DNA of 64,000 nt, from assembly GCA_000934665.2 (NCBI GenBank), contig JYFJ02000586.1:1-64000 (forward strand), given 5' to 3'. The translations under genes were made by a program, and so were the position numbers. Below, piece by piece: positions 55,301-64,000 of the stretch. The notes beneath the pieces are model-generated. The model was not told where the DNA came from. It saw only the letters and a list, made by a program, of their open reading frames with translations, and searched no databases. The DNA is from Catajapyx aquilonaris (Eukaryota). Positions within the stretch are counted from its first letter, which is position 1. Each line of letters opens with the position of its first letter.

Positions 55301-58300
55301 TGACACACGACCAGTTTACCTGCTCCATCTAATTCTCCTCGGAAAAAGACACTGTACAACTTCAGTCATATTGCTCTTTTGGGTGGGGAGAGACTACTCG
55401 CATTTGCCTTTCATGTTTTCCGATCAAATACGGGTCACCTTGGTTACATACTACCTCTGCAGCAGTTGCCGCATGAGTTTTCAGTGTATAGCCCAGGAAG
55501 GTTTGATTAAAAGTTGATTATATGCCATGAGAAAAGTGGCCTTCGAAGTGCTCGCTCTAGTGAACAATGAAGCGTGCCTACATAAATGTGTGGCCTTTTC
55601 CAGATGGTCATCAGGGTCTTTCGACCTGAAAATCCCCACGGGGCAAAAATGCGGTGGTGTTGTGTCGAGTCCTAAAAGCCAGTTTAATGAGCCGAATTCT
55701 GTGTGGCAAACACGGCCGCAATTCATCGCCGGCTCTCCTCGTCCCCGATAGCTAATATCACCGTGATGAATTGCGACCGAACGGCCGAACGGCAAATATT
55801 TGGCCGCTGATTAGCCCACACATCTTTTTGTTTACGCGTCATGCGACGATTAGCCAATCAGCATCCTCATTTTGAAGCTTACAAGTCATTACAACATTTT
55901 TTTCTTATTCTTCTAAAGCCCCTTCCCATCTAGCCCTGAAAGTCCAATAAAGCCTAGTTTTAAGGCAAAATCCACCATCTGCAGTATAATACACCCCCTT
56001 CATTTCCATTTCCAAAGTCGAGTTCCTGGCCTTTCATACCCAGTCCCTTTAGCCTTTGTCCAGATTCCGCAGCCAATGAGAAGCCCTTTCTTACGTGATC
56101 CGCCTGCCAACACGAGGTCAGCAACACACAACTTTGATTGCCTCTTCGCTCCGGTTGAAATCGCCTCAGGGAATCCATGGCAAAAAAATAGGGGGGGTCT
56201 CCTAGAGAGAAAACTTGCCACTCTCCGAAAAAACGGCCGGGGAAACCCTGTCCACTCAGCTCGACATTAACCTGTGACCTAGCACGACCTCCAACTGTCT
56301 CTAAAGGAGCACGACATCACTTTCCTTTTTTCTCTCTCTCTCTCCCAGGATACAGAGAGTTATAAAATTCTGGCAGCCTGTTAGCTCATCAGATGTTGCA
56401 CATTAATTTGACGCTAACTCTTCTAGACAGAATTATATAAAAAGGGATCCGAAAATAAGCATCCTGTTCCGTGAAGATTAAACCTGAAGCGTAGCTCCTT
56501 TGAAATCTAGTAGGAACCTTATTTTGGGTAGGATCCTTCCAAGTCTACTGGCGAAGGTTTTTGAGAATTTTGCCCACCTAGAGGGAGAGGGGGGGAGAGG
56601 GAACAATAAAAATAAAGGAGGGAAGGGAGCTTTTTGGGGGAAGGCAAGCAGCATGGAGATCTCTGAAGATTCCTTGGGAAGGGGAGATTGGTATCCTGCA
56701 GAGAAGGGCTAGAGTCTGTGGGGGACGAAAGTGAGCAGTTCCAGCAGCCTCTGACAGGAACACGTCCACTGCAACTGGTAAGATTCACGTCGCGGTTTGA
56801 CCTTTTTTTTGCTATTGCATCCAATACACAAGCGGAGCCGAAGCAATTCAATCAAACGGCGTCTACTTTAGTGGCCAAAGTGTGAGGCGGCTGGATCGAA
56901 AGGTTTTCCAGAGTCGGTCAGAGCAATGCGAATTGGGGTGGTGATAAAACTGGACAGCCACATGAAAGATACGGTCATGAAACTGCGTTACACGCTTCAG
57001 ATTTTTCCGGGCTGTACCTGCATGTTAGATAAAAAAAAGCTGACCGCTACCATTGATTTATCCGTGGCTTGGCTACAGCGCTTGCTCGTCAACCATGTTA
57101 CTTTCAATCCATTTTTGAGAGGCGTCATCAAAAACTGATTCGGGTGAATAATCCCATTTTGACAGAATAGTCGAAAATGACCGTTTTATATAAAAAAGTA
57201 TTCCCTAGGCAATTCTCTTGGATGCAGATGCAAATGAGGTCGATGATATATTTTTTTCCAACTGCAATTCTCTCCTACATCAGGGAACGACGAACGAGAA
57301 AAAAAACTGCTCGTTTTAATCAAGCGAGGAGATTGTTATTCGTTTGCCCATAGTCAATAATCGACTGTGAAGCGACTGAACATTATCTGCCGTGCGGTTT
57401 GATCAGAGCTCTATTAACTTCCGGCTCCCGAAAGGAAATTACCATCTGGCATTGTTGGAAGATTTACCAGGTTCCTCAGAACCTGGCATGTTTTGGTTCA
57501 GAGTGTGAATCAAGTTGTTCACACGCCATGCGTATAATAACCTGCCATAAACATGCCACTCAGTCTTCTTCAATCTGGGGACCAATTTTATCATCATTAA
57601 CCAGGCACGTATTATTCCCATCACTCCTTAATGTAATTAAGAATGAATCAATCTGCAGCGACGGTAACAAGCGCAATGGGAGCCAGTGAGCTAGCGGAAT
57701 AGAAGTTGATTCCTGAGAGAACAAATCCTGGCTAAACATCGATTTCCGAAGGCGGGGTCTTTCCTTCGGTTGAACGGAGAGCGATAGTCCGTTTCCGGAA
57801 ACAGAGTGGATGGAGGGCCCCTCCGGAGTTGGCTGTGAATATGTAAATCTCAAGCGAGGGGGGGTCTGTCGACAAGGACCACCTAAATCTATTTGCATCC
57901 GTGCTAGACTGTTGGCTGCGGAAAGCAATCGCCTTGTTCCCTTCCTCAAAAGCAACCAGTCGCATACACCTTGGCTTTTTTCCACACTGTCACCGCTCCT
58001 TTTCTCAATAAAGTCTTTCCTCTGCCGGATCAACATTGTTGGAATGATAAATCGCCCTCTAATTCAGAGCGCTTCATTCACGTTGGCGGATTCATTACTC
58101 TCGCAGCCTCACCCAATAAATAAATGGATGGTTAAAAAACATGCTAAACTCAGTTGGTAAGCATTCCATGAAATTCAATATAGGAAAATATTCTTCCGAC
58201 TCAAGGCACAATACATCAACGACACCTAAACCACGCAAAAGGCAGCGGTGACACTCGAACTGAAAAGACCGACTTTGGGGGGCTCTTGTTCGCCTTTTTT

Positions 58301-61300
58301 TTGTCCTCTTCTTCCCGGATGGGGCCGGTGTGTGAGGCAGTAATAGTGGCAAGAGAAAGGAGGATACAATGGAAAAGTAAAGGCTTCTTCCTTCTTCTCT
58401 TCCGTAATCACAAAGTAGGCCTTCAAAGAACCGTGAAACATGGTTGCGAGCCTTTCCCCCAAGAGCCCCATCGGCGCCTATATTACTCCTCTTCATCATT
58501 GCCTATTGATCCAGCTTTCCTCCTGTCTGGACCCATTTTTTCCCTCTCCTTGCTCCATCTCTAAGTCCTGGAGGAATACAAAAAAATGGTAGGTAGGTAG
58601 GAGGTGGAGGATGAAGAAGCTGCAACTGACTAAGGATAATTAACATTAGTGACGCATGTCGGAGGGGTGAGGTAATTAGTCCGCGACTCAACATTCAGAG
58701 GGATGTTGGATTCAGACGGAAATATAATACCAGGGCGGGACTTTGGGATGGAGGTGTCGGGAAATCGCTTCATCGTCCACCAGGCTGTGAAAACTGATAA
58801 TCACACCGACGGTGCCTGTTTATCGCCCTTGCCACCAAACCACGGCTAATTAGGGTCGTCGCTGATTGGAGCGGGTGATATACAGGCAAGGAGTGCTTGG
58901 AATGAAGTAACAACACCCGATAGCAGGACTTTTGGTGGGATACTATTATTCAGAGCCGGAAGTCGCAGGGGCAACAAAGTGGCTTAGTTTGTGAGCTTCT
59001 GGATGTTGAATCTGATCCACACTTGAATGGGGACAGTTTGGACCAGTTTGCCGCACTTGTAAATATGAATGTGTAGGGTTACCTGTTTGTATGTTCACTA
59101 AAGTTGAATTATCTCCATTTTTATGGGATGAAAAGGTGTAGGATAACTCATGGAAATTAGACGTGAAACATCTGCATTTTATTAGTGTGCCACATAAATT
59201 TAAGTTATCAAAATACTAAAACAATCACCTCTTCACTCTCCGAGAGGGTGTAGCAGAGGTAACGATCTAGCCCAAGGAGAGATTGTCTTCCAAGCCAGTG
59301 CTTTCCTTTCTCATTTGGATGGAGTCTGTGCTGGGAACAGGGTTTTGCCTGGCGTAACCGCTATAGGCTCTACCACTTACGTTGGTAAAGAACATATGAT
59401 AACTGTAGACACTCTACCTGAACTTCCATCTCTCCCCTACCTCGCTCACCGAACCTGGGCGTCTCTTTTCTGATTTGACGATTCTGCCTAAAGTGAGGCT
59501 AAAAAATAATGTCCATTGAGACAGCTTCCACTTTTTTAAACAACCCAGGTCTGGCTAATGTACTGTACGTAATTAGTAAATTACTGAGATGATTGTGTAT
59601 ACATATTCCATTATGTAATTGTTTACACAAGCGTCTATAGGTGCTATAGAAACAGGCTGTAGAACGATAAATAATTTTTCTTTTCCGTTATGTAAATAGC
59701 AGTTTCAGCAAAGATAACAAGTTCCAGTGGTATTTTAGCTTCCTCTCAAGACTTGCCATTTCTGGCATGCGTCCATTAAATGAGGTCAAAGTGGCATGTG
59801 AATTAGCCTTCTAAACCTAACAAGCACTATTTAACTGGCCAAAAATATTGGACTGGCAATTACAGTCTTTTCCTGTGGTGGAATACTCAAGCTGATGAAG
59901 TGATGTTCAATATCGACAATATCATTAGTCGTACAACTCGTAGTGCATTTCAGACCCAGATAATACAAGTTTCCCTTTTCCCTCCCTTCCCCCACCCACC
60001 TGTCTGCCTCGGGCGCCCGAGGATGTTACAGCCGTTTCCAAATTTGCCATGTCCTCTGCAAATGACGCTCGCGTCCTGGTTATAATATCATTCAAAAATT
60101 TCCGAGACTCAAATTGTTCAGCAGAGTTCTTTCAAGCACACCAGTTAATAATAATGCAGTTTTATTGGGCCCCGAAGGGATACAATCCCACTGCTCTATA
60201 GAACCTGATAGCGCCACATGTTCAGCTGATAGTTGCTTTTATAATGTACAAGTAGGCAGTATATTTAATGTAGCACCATGATTATTGCCCTTCCACTCCA
60301 GATTTCATATTGGTTATATTTTTTCTGAATAGCTGGAATAATTTTTCCAGTATAAAAAGGACTGACGATACACATAAAATTAGCAGGTGCAAGCATAAAC
60401 TGGTTTTGTCAGGTTCCCATACATAGCATAGGACCTAAAAATGGCAACTCGGCAGATAGGTAGTGGCTTTGATCCCGAAGGTGTTGGTTGGACGGAGTGG
60501 AAGAAAAGCGGGTGCGGGGTTTCCCCCCAGTGCAGATAAACGATGTGGGTGGCAGGAGATAAATAGCAGTGTGCTGAAAAGCGGCCTAGTCTGTGGCCTG
60601 GCGCCGCCTCTGTTAGCTGCTGCTGTGCCTCTTTACTTGCTTTGCTGCTAATCGGATTGGGAATATGCTCTGCACCTTATCTGCTTGGTTAATGGAGCCT
60701 GCTCCACCTATAACCAATAAGGCGATTGGGCGGCGGGTTGTGGGGACCCTAATTACGGTGAAACACAGTTTACCATATTCTACGCTTCATCGTCACCCAG
60801 CCTCTATTAGGTTTGCTAATTGCTTCTAAGCACCTGTAGAATAAATATTGCAAGCAAGCCTCTACCACTGCTAACTGACTTTACTGAGACTTGTTATTGC
60901 GCGTTTAGCATACTCAGCACAAAATGGATCCAAACAAAATCAGTGACAATTATGGCAACAAATAACTTCTGCAAGAAACTGCTGATAAACCTTAGTACGT
61001 ACAGTATTTCTCCATATCATGATAGGTAAACTATTCTGATATTAATTTTTTAAACAGGAGGCTTGGAAGAGCTTGCACTGTATTAGCAGAACAATGCCAA
61101 ATTACAGTCAACTGTAAGTTTAGGAAGGATGAGAAAACTAATTAATTAGGACATTAAAACTTACAGGCTGGCGTACCAAATTACACGCTGAACTTTCCAC
61201 TACCATCAAAATACTGTACTGCTTATGGCTGTTTAGAATATAGAGAAAGAATAAGCCATTTCATTAAGCAGTATTACCACATTCTGTAAAAATGCGCTCC

Positions 61301-62259
61301 GTAAACCGAATTGTATGACTAATTTACGGAATACAGGCAGTATGGTGGTCTCTGCACCGTTTTTCGTAGCAGAGTTGTGTAGCCCACTTTCACCACATGA
61401 TTCCAAAAATATGTTAAAACCAGTAAAGCGCATTAAACGCATATCCTCTGCAAGAGGCTTGTGTTGCCCGTTGCTTGGCAGCGGAATGCAATAAGAGGTA
61501 GATGAGAGACCATCATGGTTCACGCAAAGTTACAAGTTGTTGGCCTGCATATTTGAAGCAGTAACAAAGTTTGAATCCTCTGCACTACAGGCGTTGCAGG
61601 TATAAATATGATTCCAATCAATATACCGTTAATTGCCAGACAGCAAATGAGGTGTGGGAAGCGGTAAAGACGCGCTGAAGATTTCCCAAGAGTAACAGTC
61701 CTGAGCAGAAGTTGGTGATAGTTTCGCGCTTCGAAGCACGCCTTGCCATTAATTACAAATTGCCGCTGAGGGGGCCATGCAAACGTGAGGAATGTGTCAA
61801 TAACCGTGTTGGAAAGGGCCGGTTTCCAAAAGGCGGAGAGAAGAACACGTCCGCCGTCCACCCTCGAGGCAGTTACACAGATACAGACAAGGAAGAGAAA
61901 CAAGGGGCTTGTCTGCTCTGGTCCTAATCAAGCTGGTTGCAACACAAGCCTTGAGCACACTGCTTTTGAGGTGGAGTATAGTTAGAGAGAGGTTCTACCT
62001 ATGTAGAGTACCAATAGTTTCCTCCCATTCCTGCTGGCTAGGGATTGAAGGAAGGCTTTCCAGGCAAGCCCCCAATTCAATTTTATTCATCATCGGCAGG
62101 TTTGGGAGCTGTGCCCGCGGGAACAATGTCCCCATCACCGTGATCCAAAGGCGGTTTCCTGATGCTCCACTCTTCTTGCAAAAAAAGAGTGGAGATGAAA
62201 ATTTCCAGACTAAAAGCAAAGGGAAAACTCCAGTCACAATCCACTCTTTCAATTTCGAT

Positions 62260-62279
62260 GGGGGGGGGGGGGGNGGGGG
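62260..62279 (+). repeat. Poly-G run containing an ambiguous base (n at 62274)
   Basis: Direct reading. The true length is probably uncertain in the assembly. Confidence 0.9.
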
Positions 62280-62987
62280 CGGCGGTTATAAATTGCTTCA
62301 ATATGATATGCAGATTTACGGTTCCCTATTTATTGGAGAATACAAGATGGATGATTCGACCAACAGTTTTCATAGGTATAGTATAGTGCTTTCGTGCTCA
62401 TGTAATGAACTGGCAACAGCTGCCAAATGTAATGAATTTGCGAGATCGAGTGACTTGACCCCAAGTGTCTTTGCTCAGGAGTTCTCCGCCATTATATGAA
62501 CAACTCCTTAGCAAACGCCAAGAGCATGGTTTCCGCCTGCGGCTCGACTCTAACGCAGCTCCTGCAGTAATATCTGACGAGGGAAGGCCTGGCTCCTTAG
62601 CAAAGCACCATGAATCCTAATTAATTCGAAAAGCGAGGAGAACCAGCCAAAAGGAGTTGTGGAGCAGATCTATTCGAGAGGCGCCTTTCTCGTTAGTGGG
62701 TGGACCTGGGATAGCAAGAGCTGGCTGGGAGGGTTTGGGGGTGGGTCTAATCCTCAGAGCCTTAGACAAACGCATCTCAATTCCTGCACTCACGGGGGGA
62801 CATCAAAGGGACATCTGCAGTCAGCTGTGGTGCTCCCAGCATTCTTTCCAATCCGGCCCTCTGTGGCACTCTTCACACTTCGCTCGCTACCAACTTCCAA
62901 CAAAAACACAAAAGTTGGCCGAGGCATTTTTGCTGACCAGATCTAATTGGTGGTTCTCTCTGCCTCCACAGCTGGCGACAGGGCGGA

Positions 62988-63181
62988 ATGGACGGCGAGA
63001 ACAGGATCATCCTGAACGTGGGAGGCATCCGCTTCGAGACCTACAAGGCCACTCTCAAGAAGATCCCAGCCACCCGGTTGTCCCGACTGACAGAAGCCCT
63101 GGCCAACTATGACCCTGTCCTCAACGAGTACTTTTTCGACAGGCATCCTGGGGTGTTTGCCCAAATCCTCAATTATTACAG
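62988..63181 (+). CDS. Shawl: Voltage-gated K+ channel, Shaw/Kv3 family (Shaw-like), T1/BTB-domain coding exon; gene continues beyond the window
   Basis: [65 protein letters not shown]. Acceptor ttctctctgcctccacag| at 62971 (exon starts 62972), phase-2 donor AG|gtctct after 63181. As I recall, MDGENRII matches Drosophila Shawl better than Shaw (MDSENRVV). Family is certain, paralog less so. Confidence 0.92.
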
Positions 63182-64000
63182 GTCTCTCCACCATCCATGT
63201 AACTATACTATGTGTGTGTTTGCTGCAACCGTGTGGTTCCCGCATGCTATCCAAACGCGCCAAATGTGTACATTAACATGATAATGAAGGAATATCTCCA
63301 AAATGAAAGCAATGAAAATATCCGTTTCTGCCTACTATCTTATCTGCTGCTCGAGCTCAGATTACAAGCGTACACGCCGATAGATGTAATCAAGCGGAGG
63401 AAAATCGATTTCATATGCTCCAGTTCAAATGCAGGGGTGGGTTCGTCATACTTTACTATTAAAGCTAATAAGTAGCTTCACAATAATATATCTAATTGTT
63501 GATTCATTATTATGAAGCTGTTATTAATGTTAATACAGTAGTATATTATAGACATCATTCCAAAAAATTGCGGGGCCAGGAGGGATTGATTTAATTTGTT
63601 TATTATTTTCAGATCTTTTTATTGATGAGGCTGGCGACAAACAGGGTCTCGCGAAGAATTTAATTACGCGGACACAAACTTCAACAAACTGTGGTTGATG
63701 TGGCTTGGCTGTGGGATGAACATGCTAAAAATCTGGAAAATGTGGGGAACAATGTATGCGATGTAAATATGGGTACCGCAAAAGAAAACATTCACCATTG
63801 AAACGTGCCTTAAATACTAGAGTATAGGCTATGATATGATTTTTGAGGAAAAGTAATAGGTAAGATATGCTGTGCACTGTGCACAGCCACCATGCCTCTA
63901 AAATCGCTTTTGTGTTACCATATATTCTTCCAAGACCAGACCGCATCTTTCTAACTGCGCCAATAATGCGTTTGATTTGCATAAGTAACAAAACTATTGC

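Noticed and set aside
61909..62499. 196-aa ORF upstream of the Shaw-like exon
   Set aside because: TTG start, spans a poly-G run with an ambiguous base, no recognisable domain.
63182..63281. Continuation of the Shaw-like ORF (SLHHPCNY...)
   Set aside because: Kv3 homology stops at NYYR, where TGKLH is expected; this is intron read-through.

Overview
Eukaryotic (pancrustacean, probably insect) genomic DNA, not prokaryotic, so most of the ORF track is noise. From left to right: (1) 1-10 kb looks like the 5' end and first intron of an unidentified minus-strand gene, with SINEs and a foldback element; (2) a CpG-rich, probably bidirectional promoter at ~9.95-10.56 kb with CRE, CCAAT, YY1-like, MEF2 and heat-shock elements; (3) a complete 15-exon unc-45 myosin chaperone gene (10567-16280, 941 aa after manual splicing) with MITEs in three introns; (4) a broken histone cluster: intact H1 and H4 with near-identical core promoters, each with a stem-loop and a downstream AATAAA, then a divergent H2A/H2B pair that are both pseudogenes, and no recognisable H3; (5) a TE-rich, CpG-poor block (Tc1 fossil, SINE with TSD, MITE) ending in CTCF-like motifs; (6) ~33 kb of non-coding DNA, probably upstream/intronic sequence of a Shaw-like (Kv3) K+ channel gene whose T1-domain exon is at 62972-63181. 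The best candidate for something undescribed is the H1+H4 remnant cluster. All calls were made by eye, without searches.
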